Below, one piece after another: positions 8,753 through 15,725 of a DNA stretch of 32,000 nt; the stretch's first letter is position 1; each line of letters opens with the position of its first letter. Origin of the DNA: Candidatus Saccharimonadota bacterium (GTDB lineage: Archaea; Nanohalarchaeota; Nanosalinia; Nanosalinales; Nanosalinaceae); contig NZ_CP107255.1 of the NCBI RefSeq assembly GCF_029232205.1, positions 300,001 to 332,000 of the forward strand, in the 5' to 3' direction. The notes under the pieces are model-generated. The model was not told the origin of the DNA and did not search any database. It worked only from the letters and a program-made list of their open reading frames with translations. The position numbers and the translations under genes are program-made.

Positions 8753-9538
8753 GTGAACTTGTCAAAGTACCTGGAGTTTTCTAGAGTATCCTTTAGAGAA
8801 TCATTTGCCTACAGAGTAGATGCCTTTTCAAGCATATTCTCCTCCTCAATATTCTTGCTTCTTTACTTCTACGTTTGGTCAGCCATAATTGCTTCAGGCC
8901 ACGTAAATTCAAGCCTGCACAGAATAATGACTTACTTCGTTATAGGACAGGTAGTGGGGAACACTGTATTTGTTAATGTTGAGAGATACCTGGGAGAAAA
9001 GATAAGGAAAGGCACTATAGTTAATGAGCTGAAGAGGCCTATAACTGTTTTTTCTCAGGCCTATTTCCACGAATTAGGAAATTTAATGTTTAATTTTGTG
9101 GCAAGGGCATTGCCTGTAGGGTTTTTAGGCCTGATTTTCCTCCAAATCTCTCTTCCGGGCATTTTCTCCAGTTTATTGTTTTTGTTAAGTCTTTTTCTGG
9201 CTTTTAATTTGGTTTTTCTTTTTTCCTACTCTGCATCTATGCTGATTTTCTGGACAAAGGTCGAATGGTCTATTAGAGGAAGCAGAAACCGTATTCAGAA
9301 AATCTTTGCAGGAACGCTCTTCCCTCTGTTCCTTGTTCCCGAAAAATTTCAAGTATTTTTCAATATTCTACCGTTCAGATACATGGTGGATGGCCCGATC
9401 ACGATATTCACAGGGTCTTCTATAACCACGTCTTTACAGATTATTCTAATTCAGGTTGTCTGGATTGGTCTGCTCTTGATCCTTGCTCACTTTTCATGGA
9501 AAAAAGCTAAAACAAAATTAACTGTGCAGGGTGGCTAA
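8753..9538 (+). CDS. ABC-2-type transporter permease, type A, copy 1
   Basis: 261 aa, polytopic and hydrophobic, with a GTG start. It is a paralogue of 10375-11157: shared N-terminus (KYLxFxRV...YFVW.AI.ASG), RKGTIVNELKRP/RRGTIVNELKKP, and C-terminus KKAK.KLTVQGG. Confidence 0.75.
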   Translation: MNLSKYLEFSRVSFRESFAYRVDAFSSIFSSSIFLLLYFYVWSAIIASGHVNSSLHRIMTYFVIGQVVGNTVFVNVERYLGEKIRKGTIVNELKRPITVFSQAYFHELGNLMFNFVARALPVGFLGLIFLQISLPGIFSSLLFLLSLFLAFNLVFLFSYSASMLIFWTKVEWSIRGSRNRIQKIFAGTLFPLFLVPEKFQVFFNILPFRYMVDGPITIFTGSSITTSLQIILIQVVWIGLLLILAHFSWKKAKTKLTVQGG

Positions 9539-10349
9539 AACCTTGTTAAGTTCTACTAAGAGGCATTTCAGGCTTTACAGGAAGTTTTTCATGATTTATT
9601 TGAAGACTCAGCTTGTCTATTTCAAAGACACTATTCTAGGTTTGGTTAACCAGTTTTTCAGTATATTTAGCTCTTTACTCTTGATAGGCTTGATATTTAC
9701 ACAGGTAGACTCGATAAATGGCTGGGGGCTATACGAACTCTTATTTCTAACAGGCCTTAGCAGGTTTGTACTCCATTTCCACACAATATTCATGTTTTCT
9801 ACAGTATTCCTGGGAGAACACTATATAACGACCGGAAGGCTTGACAGATACCTCGTCAGGCCTTTAAACGTGCTTTACCAGCTTTATGCTAGTAGAGTAA
9901 ACTTCCATAATCTGGGAGATGCAGTAGCCAGCCTTCTAATAGTGATCTACTCTGTAAACCAGATACAGGGATTCTCTCTGACAGGCTTGAAAGTTATCTA
10001 TGCATTGTTATCTCTTGGTAGCGCGGTTATGGTTATAGCGGCAATATTTCTGTTCTTCGGCACAATCGGGTTCTGGACAGGTAGAACGGGGTCGCTTTTC
10101 TCTCTTTTCTGGAAAGTTAGAAAATTCATGAAGTATCCGTTTGGAATATACTCTGAAGCCATGAAAATCTTCTTCATAACGATTATGCCGATAGCTTTCG
10201 CATCTTTCTTCCAAGCCAGCTTTCTCCTTGGAAAATTCCAGTATATTAGACTACAGGCTCTCTCCATAGTTGCAGGCCCTGTCTTCTACATTTTAGCATA
10301 TCGTTTCTGGCTTTACGGCCTTTCAAAATACTCGAGTACAGGAAGTTAA
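9531..10349 (+). CDS. ABC-2-type transporter permease, type B, copy 1
   Basis: 272 aa, polytopic. It overlaps the upstream stop. It is a paralogue of 11162-11974, sharing the LDRYLVRPLN/MDRILLRPLN motif and the YRFW..G.S.YSSTGS C-terminus. Confidence 0.75.
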   Translation: MAKTLLSSTKRHFRLYRKFFMIYLKTQLVYFKDTILGLVNQFFSIFSSLLLIGLIFTQVDSINGWGLYELLFLTGLSRFVLHFHTIFMFSTVFLGEHYITTGRLDRYLVRPLNVLYQLYASRVNFHNLGDAVASLLIVIYSVNQIQGFSLTGLKVIYALLSLGSAVMVIAAIFLFFGTIGFWTGRTGSLFSLFWKVRKFMKYPFGIYSEAMKIFFITIMPIAFASFFQASFLLGKFQYIRLQALSIVAGPVFYILAYRFWLYGLSKYSSTGS

Positions 10350-10374
10350 AGAGATAACGAACAAAAGTGAAAAC

Positions 10375-11157
10375 ATGAAATTGCAAAAATACCTTTCATT
10401 CACAAGAGTAGGCCTTAGAGAAGGCCTTCAGTACCGTGCTGATACTCTGGCAGGTATTGGCTCTACTCTTATTTCCTTGGTGCTTTTCTACTTTGTGTGG
10501 AAGGCTATTGCTGCTTCAGGGGAGCTTGCTGTTCCTTTCAGCACGATTATTGCCTATGTGGCCCTGGCGAGAGTTATCGATAATGCTACTTCTGCGAATC
10601 TGGAGTCGTGGATTGGTGACAGGATAAGGAGAGGTACTATTGTTAACGAGTTGAAGAAACCGGTTTCTCTGAGAGGCCAGCTTTACTTTTACGAGATAGG
10701 CCGCTCAATGTTCAAGCTGGTGGTCAGAGGTATTCCTTCGCTTATCGCTGGCATTATTTTCCTGAATGTGGGTGTTCCAGGCCCTAGAAACGCGTTTTTG
10801 TTCTGTGTTTCAATCTTTTTGACACTGAATCTGGCTATCGCGCTCTCATACGTGACCTCTATGCTGGTTTTCTGGACAAAAATCGGATGGAGCCTCAGAA
10901 TGATGAGGACTATGCTTGCAGGCCTGCTTTCAGGAGCAATGATTCCTCTCTACCTGGTGCCGGAAGGCCTCAGACAGTTCTTCTACTACACGCCTTTTCC
11001 TTCAATGGTTGATGGCCCGATCTCCATCTATCAAGGAACAGCAGACAGCGTAGTTAATGTGCTGGGAATTCAGCTGGCCTGGATTATAGGCCTTTTCCTG
11101 CTTGCAGAGGTTCTCTGGAGAAAAGCCAAGAAAATACTAACGGTGCAGGGAGGCTAG
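10375..11157 (+). CDS. ABC-2-type transporter permease, type A, copy 2
   Basis: 260 aa, collinear with 8753-9538 along its whole length. Confidence 0.75.
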   Translation: MKLQKYLSFTRVGLREGLQYRADTLAGIGSTLISLVLFYFVWKAIAASGELAVPFSTIIAYVALARVIDNATSANLESWIGDRIRRGTIVNELKKPVSLRGQLYFYEIGRSMFKLVVRGIPSLIAGIIFLNVGVPGPRNAFLFCVSIFLTLNLAIALSYVTSMLVFWTKIGWSLRMMRTMLAGLLSGAMIPLYLVPEGLRQFFYYTPFPSMVDGPISIYQGTADSVVNVLGIQLAWIIGLFLLAEVLWRKAKKILTVQGG

Positions 11158-11161
11158 AATA

Positions 11162-11974
11162 ATGAAAGAAAAAATGAAGATTTTGAGGAAGTATGCAAAG
11201 ATTTACTGGCTTTACTTTGTCCAGTACTGGAAGTCCAGACTGGTATACAAGAAAGACTTTCTGCTGGGAGCTTTAGGCCAGACAGTCAGCGTTGTAGTTT
11301 CGGTATCATTCCTTACACTGGTATTCACACAGATAGAAACCTTGCAGGGCTGGACATTCAATGAAATGCTATTTTTATCTGGTTTCGGAGGCCTGGTGAT
11401 ATTTACCCAGAACATGTTCTTCTTCAACATTACAAGGCTTGGAAGAGACTACATTATCTCAGGAGACATGGATAGAATTCTCTTAAGGCCTTTAAACCCT
11501 CTTTTCCAGATCTACGCCGACGATGTACACGATAACAATCTTCCGAAAGTATTGGCAAATGCATTGCTGATTGTATACGCTGGCTCGAAGATAGGCCTCA
11601 ATCTTACGTTGCTTAAAGTGCTTTATGCAGCTGCTGCAATGATGAGCGGCATAATGGTCGCTGCATCGATCTATCTATTCTTTTCATCGACTGCTTTCTG
11701 GACAGGAACTTCCAGGAGTGCGGTCTGGCTAATTTTCAGAATCAGTAATTTCAGAAAGTATCCTATTGAGATATTTGCAGTAGCTATACAGGCCTTGCTC
11801 GTTACTCTTATTCCACTGGCCTTTGCATCTTTCTTCCCGGTCTCCTTTATTCTTGGGAAGGAAGGATTTACTTTCTGGAAGATTGCAACGCCTCTAGCAG
11901 GCCCGGTATTTTTCTTCGTGGCCTATAGGTTCTGGAAGTTTGGGGTAAGCAATTATTCGAGTACTGGTAGCTGA
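11162..11974 (+). CDS. ABC-2-type transporter permease, type B, copy 2
   Basis: 270 aa, collinear with 9531-10349. Confidence 0.75.
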   Translation: MKEKMKILRKYAKIYWLYFVQYWKSRLVYKKDFLLGALGQTVSVVVSVSFLTLVFTQIETLQGWTFNEMLFLSGFGGLVIFTQNMFFFNITRLGRDYIISGDMDRILLRPLNPLFQIYADDVHDNNLPKVLANALLIVYAGSKIGLNLTLLKVLYAAAAMMSGIMVAASIYLFFSSTAFWTGTSRSAVWLIFRISNFRKYPIEIFAVAIQALLVTLIPLAFASFFPVSFILGKEGFTFWKIATPLAGPVFFFVAYRFWKFGVSNYSSTGS

Positions 11975-12016
11975 AAAACAGAAACACTTAAGTTGTTTAT
12001 CTGAGGTAACAACATT

Positions 12017-12547
12017 ATGCCGGATTTCTATGATTTTCTGTATGAGCAACTTGATGAGCCTGATTCTCTGGCCCTGATAGCTACCGGGAAATCAAATGAT
12101 GAGCGCAGAAATCAGTGGTTGCACGATGAGGCCTCTGAGTTCAGAGACTATGGTGTTGACGTGGAAGTAGGCTGGCTGGGTATTCCAGGCCAGGATGGCG
12201 TGGATTATGATATTGTTGATAATGCGTTTGAGTGGGAGGGAGAGAACTCTCTTGATATGGAGAGAAATCTTTTCAGGGTTCCAAAGCCTGGTGTTTTGAG
12301 ATATAATCCTGAGAATCCCAGGAATGATCCTCTGGAGAACTATGTTTCGATCGCAAAGAGAATAGAGAAAGATGTGGATGCTGCTTTAATGACAGAGGTT
12401 CATGAGGACGCTGCTGGAGATCTACCGGATGTTGAGGACATCGCGTATAGAGTAAGTTCTGATGTAGCTGGCCAGGTTGTGCCTGTAGTTGGAGATCAGG
12501 GAAGTGAGTCTCTGTTCGTCAGAAAGTTCAGATATCCGCAAAATTAA
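12017..12547 (+). CDS. Hypothetical acidic protein, 176 aa
   Basis: Clean ORF with acidic composition like its neighbours. No recognisable motif. Confidence 0.5.
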   Translation: MPDFYDFLYEQLDEPDSLALIATGKSNDERRNQWLHDEASEFRDYGVDVEVGWLGIPGQDGVDYDIVDNAFEWEGENSLDMERNLFRVPKPGVLRYNPENPRNDPLENYVSIAKRIEKDVDAALMTEVHEDAAGDLPDVEDIAYRVSSDVAGQVVPVVGDQGSESLFVRKFRYPQN

Positions 12548-12581
12548 ATAAAAAAGAAGGCCTTATTGGCCTCTAGGGTAC

Positions 12582-13115
12582 TTATTCGAATTTTTCGCTG
12601 TAAAGTTCCATTGAGCGGTTGATTGCGTCGTGTGCGTCTTCCTGTCCGCCCCATCCCTCGATTTCCACGTGCTTCTTAGGTTCGAGGTTCTTGTAGGTCT
12701 CGAAGAATTCTGCGATCTCTTCCTTCTTGTGATCGGATAGATCATCCAGGCTTTCTACTCCATCCCATCTTGGATCTTCTGTCGGGACTGCGATAATGTT
12801 GTCGTCCTGCTCGCCTCCATCATCCATGTACAGGATTCCGATAGGTCTGCATTCGATTACGCAGCCTGGGAAAGTGGCGTGAGTGGTTAGGACCAGAATA
12901 TCCATAGGATCGCCGTCCTCATAGTAGGCCTGCGGAATGAAACCGTAGTCTCCAGGATAATGAACTGCGGAATGCAGTACTCTGTCAAGAACTACAGACT
13001 CCTTCTCTTTGTCGTATTCGTACTTATTTTTGGTTCCAGTCGGGTTTTCGATAACTGCATAAATCTCTTCAGGCGCGTTAGGCCCTGTCTCGTAGTCTTG
13101 CCATTTATTTACCAT
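12582..13115 (-). CDS. ppa: Inorganic pyrophosphatase (family I)
   Basis: 177 aa. The motifs ...KNKYEYDKE..., YPGDYGFIPQ and DGDPMDILVL are canonical family I PPase active-site motifs. Confidence 0.92.
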   Translation of the reverse strand: MVNKWQDYETGPNAPEEIYAVIENPTGTKNKYEYDKEKESVVLDRVLHSAVHYPGDYGFIPQAYYEDGDPMDILVLTTHATFPGCVIECRPIGILYMDDGGEQDDNIIAVPTEDPRWDGVESLDDLSDHKKEEIAEFFETYKNLEPKKHVEIEGWGGQEDAHDAINRSMELYSEKFE

Positions 13116-13190
13116 AACTATCTACCAGAAAATAAGGCCTGAGAACTTTTAACGTCTTCGAAAAGTCAGAAATTAGTGGGTGGAGAGTTT

Positions 13191-13346
13191 TTACCTCTCC
13201 TGAGTAGCTGTAGCAGAAAGCCGGATCATTGAAATATTCTCTACGTGCCCGCACTCGCTACACACAACTTTCATCCAGTCCACATTCGGTTTATCTACAG
13301 GATTAACCTGTATTCCATTACCGCATTTCTCGCATTCCACGCTCAT
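13191..13346 (-). CDS. Small zinc-ribbon protein, 51 aa
   Basis: I prefer the internal ATG (complement of 13344-13346): MSVECEKCGNGIQ...VVCSECGHVE. Two CxxC pairs are present. Confidence 0.45.
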   Translation of the reverse strand: MSVECEKCGNGIQVNPVDKPNVDWMKVVCSECGHVENISMIRLSATATQER

Positions 13347-13474
13347 CAAGACTTTTACCTCGAGTAAACAATGCCTTTCCAACTATTTAAGCCTAACTAG
13401 CATTACTGTAACCAGTATCAACGTTTGCAGTTGATTCAAAAAAGTACACCTACAAATCTGCCTATACACAGACA

Positions 13475-13548
13475 GGGTTCGTGGTCTAGTTGGTTATGAC
13501 ACCGCCTTGACATGGCGGAGATCCCCGGTTCGAATCCGGGCGAACCCA
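13475..13548 (+). tRNA. tRNA-Val (anticodon GAC)
   Basis: Hand-folded cloverleaf: acceptor GGGTTCG/CGAACCC, D arm GTCT..TGAC, anticodon arm CCGCC-TTGACAT-GGCGG, T arm CCCGG-TTCGAAT-CCGGG, discriminator A. Total 74 nt, with no encoded CCA. Confidence 0.9.
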
Positions 13549-13695
13549 AGGCTTGTTACGCTAAGCCAACGCAAGAAGCCATACTTCGATGGCTTTCAGA
13601 TTATCTGAAGTCGGTTCTCCTTAGAACCGTCCGATCGCTTGAACGGATCTCCGTTCACGGGAAAGTAGCTCAGCGGTTAGAGCGCTGCGCTCATA

Positions 13696-13764
13696 ACAAC
13701 TTTATGAGCAATGAGAGGCCCTAGATAAGGCCTTGATGATTAAATAAAAATTCGTTTGTGAGAT
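13696..13764 (+). other. tRNA-Met intron (bulge-helix-bulge substrate)
   Basis: Intron TGAG (13759-13762) pairs with loop nucleotides C32-A35 to form the central 4-bp helix. Three-nucleotide bulges (TA|A and AT|A) sit at both splice sites. An internal hairpin AGGCC-ctagataa-GGCCT is present. Confidence 0.75.
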
Positions 13765-13789
13765 ACGCAGAGGTCCCGGGTTCGATTCC

Positions 13790-13800
13790 CGGCTTTCCCA
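13790..13800 (+). repeat. Putative attL core (CGGCTTTCCCA; last 11 nt of tRNA-Met)
   Basis: Exact 11-bp match to 26807-26817 in the same orientation. Confidence 0.5.
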
Positions 13801-13892
13801 ATACTTCCCATGTTCGGGATTGAGGGCTATTCTTCTAGTTAATACATTCTTTGACAGCAAAATTTATACGATTTAACTGTCAATTTAACTGT

Positions 13893-14033
13893 ATGAAAGT
13901 TCAGGAGAAGCCAAACGGCCAGTTTGTGCTCACTATACCGAAGCGTCTTGCCAATGCGAAGAACTGGGAAGATGGCCAGGAAGTCGAGTGGAAATTAAAT
14001 AGCAATGGAAAATTAGAACTTGAAGAGGATTAG
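13893..14033 (+). CDS. AbrB/SpoVT-family (swapped-hairpin barrel) DNA-binding protein, 46 aa
   Basis: MKVQEKPNGQFVLTIPKRLANAKNWEDGQEVEWKLNSNGKLELEED follows the AbrB/MazE/VapB-type pattern (xxxVTIPKxxxxxxxxxxGdxVev). I prefer the ATG at 13893 to the track start at 13851. A TATA-like TTTATA lies ~28 nt upstream, and the tandem 10-mer ATTTAACTGT occurs twice (13871-13880 and 13883-13892). Confidence 0.65.
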   Translation: MKVQEKPNGQFVLTIPKRLANAKNWEDGQEVEWKLNSNGKLELEED

Positions 14034-14039
14034 TAAAGA

Positions 14040-14405
14040 ATGGGGCTACCACAATTTACGGATGGTAATGTTAAAGCTAATATTAAACAGCTTGAGGCAA
14101 TTAGTGACCTACATTACATGCAGATGAAGTCCTCTGCCGTGGAAACGCTATTCACGCTGTCTTTGCTAACCTTTACTTGGCTTCAAGCTGTAATACAGTT
14201 CAATATTTTTGGAAGTAAACTACTTGTGATAGGTAGTATAACTATGGATCCTGGTACAGCTCTCTACTTGATCACAGTTTCTTGGGCCCTTCTTATCGGC
14301 GGAGAGAACCTAATACGTGTAACATTTCACGAAATAGGATTGGGCAACCAATACAACCGAGTGTACAGATGGATATTTGGAGGGCCTGAAGGTGATGAAG
14401 AATGA
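14040..14405 (+). CDS. Membrane protein, 121 aa (2 TM helices)
   Basis: Starts 6 nt after the AbrB-like gene. Hydrophobic segments are VETLFTLSLLTFTWLQAVIQFNIF and ALYLITVSWALLIGG. Confidence 0.5.
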   Translation: MGLPQFTDGNVKANIKQLEAISDLHYMQMKSSAVETLFTLSLLTFTWLQAVIQFNIFGSKLLVIGSITMDPGTALYLITVSWALLIGGENLIRVTFHEIGLGNQYNRVYRWIFGGPEGDEE

Positions 14406-14527
14406 TTCCCCCAGCTATTTCAGGCAATATAGGTCTAGTAGCAGGAATATTTATTGCTATAATAGTAGTGATAGCAGTGGCTATTAGAAATTATCTCCAA
14501 GAGAAGCCTGATAGAGGTAAAGCCTGA
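14402..14527 (+). CDS. Small single-TM peptide, 41 aa
   Basis: Below the ORF-track size cutoff. Its ATG overlaps the upstream stop (ATGA). Sequence: MIPPAISGNIGLVAGIFIAIIVVIAVAIRNYLQEKPDRGKA. Confidence 0.4.
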   Translation: MIPPAISGNIGLVAGIFIAIIVVIAVAIRNYLQEKPDRGKA

Positions 14528-14748
14528 ATTCTTCACTTCTCGTATTATTTTTCTATGTCTACGTGTGTGAAGGAGCTGGTGGATCCGCATTCTGTGCAGG
14601 ATTCTGTGCCTTCGTTCAGTTCTTCAGCTTTGACGAAAGAATCCATTCTTTTCCACATTCTTCGCAGACTACACGATACTTGTTGAAGCCGTCTCCCCCA
14701 TCCTCTCCCATACAGAAATTTTATTGGTCGGAGAGTTATCTGTTTTTC

Positions 14749-14943
14749 GGCGTTCGAACGCCGTTCAAGTTTTTGTTCAACAGACGTTCAGTGAACGTTC
14801 AATAGCCCAGGGGTATTCAACCCCGTTTCCAGCTAGTGGAGAGGTTTTCTAGTTAAAGGCCCTTCAAAACACCTTTAATTGAACGTTCAAACCCTGCTTT
14901 AACACCTTTAATTAAAGCTTTAACCGAACGTTCAGTGAACGTT
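14749..14943. repeat. Cluster of GAACGTTC-core palindromes and direct repeats (candidate origin, iteron or operator array of the element)
   Basis: Palindromes: GGCGTTCGAACGCC (14749-14762), ACGTTCAGTGAACGT (14784-14798), TTGAACGTTCAA (14879-14890), CTTTAATTAAAG (14906-14917) and AACGTTCAGTGAACGTT (14927-14943). The direct repeat AACACCTTTAATT occurs at 14868-14880 and 14901-14913. The octamer GAACGTTC occurs 3 times within 150 bp. Confidence 0.65.
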
Positions 14944-15068
14944 GTATCTCTGTACACTAGAGGTTCTGAACGATATTTCCTAATACTGCGTCTACGCACT
15001 ACAGATAGATTTCTGGCAGCACTGTGTGTGTTCATGAAAGGCCGTATAGTTCACTAAAAACGGAATCA

Positions 15069-15635
15069 CTACTCCTCGTCTTCTTCCCAGGTAACATCTT
15101 CCATGCTCGAGCGTATACTTTCTAATAGCTCCGTTTCTTTCTTCTCCATCAAGTCATCTAATTCTTTGCTGAAAATCACTGAAAGTGCTGAATCGCCCTC
15201 TTTAACGCTCTTCGGGATATGGATAAAGGTCCAAGAGTCTATGGCATCGTAATGTCGGAGCGTATCCAGATAGTCTATACATTTTCTAAGAAAGTCGTAG
15301 GTGCTATCAGACCAATGTTTATTGAAGCCACACTCTATGACGATCCGGTTTTCCTCATCAAGTACGTCTGGATGTAATCCTGCTAATCTACCCTCTATTT
15401 TTACTTCCTCATAACATTCCTTGTAAGTTGGATATAACTTCTGTTGATTGACTAAGAGTTTGATTGCTGCAATAACCAGTTTCCCGTGTAGTTCTTTGCC
15501 TCCTTGCTCTCTTACTGCTCCTTTCGCCCACCTACTATTGGGCTCTTCTAGAGGGCCTATATCGAATTTCTCGACTTGCTTAATATGTTCTTCTTTATCA
15601 AATTCCTCAAGCAAATCACGGGGATTTACAGTCAT
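15069..15635 (-). CDS. Hypothetical protein, 188 aa (possible PD-(D/E)xK nuclease fold, weak)
   Basis: Clean ORF. The segment GLHPDVLDEENRIVIECGFNK resembles a PD...E.K-type restriction-endonuclease-like core, but the Lys position is non-canonical. Confidence 0.5.
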   Translation of the reverse strand: MTVNPRDLLEEFDKEEHIKQVEKFDIGPLEEPNSRWAKGAVREQGGKELHGKLVIAAIKLLVNQQKLYPTYKECYEEVKIEGRLAGLHPDVLDEENRIVIECGFNKHWSDSTYDFLRKCIDYLDTLRHYDAIDSWTFIHIPKSVKEGDSALSVIFSKELDDLMEKKETELLESIRSSMEDVTWEEDEE

Positions 15636-15725
15636 AGTACCTGTATAGTATGTATTTAGGGCTTAGAGCTTAACTATCTTCCGCAGCTCCACCATTTGTT
15701 TAAACATAAATGCGATATTTAGCCT

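Larger units (their letters stand above)
13659..13800 (+). tRNA. tRNA-Met (anticodon CAT, elongator type; tRNA-Ile2 cannot be excluded) with a 69-nt intron at the canonical 37/38 position
   Basis: Exon 1 is 13659-13695: GGGAAAG TA GCTC AGCGGTTA GAGC G CTGCG CTCATA. Exon 2 is 13765-13800: A CGCAG AGGTC CCGGG TTCGATT CCCGG CTTTCCC A. The spliced length is 73 nt. The anticodon stem lacks the three GC pairs of an initiator. Confidence 0.85.

Noticed and set aside
8235-8765. 176-aa minus-strand ORF
   Set aside because: It is antisense to the ABC ATPase, which has unambiguous Walker, signature and H-loop motifs.
13512-13724. 70-aa + strand ORF spanning the tRNA region
   Set aside because: It starts inside tRNA-Val and ends inside the tRNA-Met intron. 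The sequence is explained by the two tRNAs and the structured spacer.
13740-13761. Second C/D guide in the tRNA-Met intron (TTAAATAAAAATTCGTTT followed by GTGA)
   Set aside because: GTGA is a poor D box and overlaps the TGAG needed for the bulge-helix-bulge helix. I cannot identify any target for the AT-rich guide.
14563-14805. 80-aa + strand ORF (MCEGAGGSAFCAGFC...)
   Set aside because: Its Cys/Phe-rich, non-acidic composition is unlike every convincing protein here. It overlaps the palindrome cluster and the minus-strand zinc-knuckle mini-ORFs.
14853-15035. 60-aa basic ORF (minus strand) with internal ERSxK repeats
   Set aside because: Its peptide repeats are a by-product of the GAACGTTC palindromes. 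Those palindromes also occur outside the ORF (14749-14798). I kept it only as an alternative interpretation within the palindrome-cluster finding.
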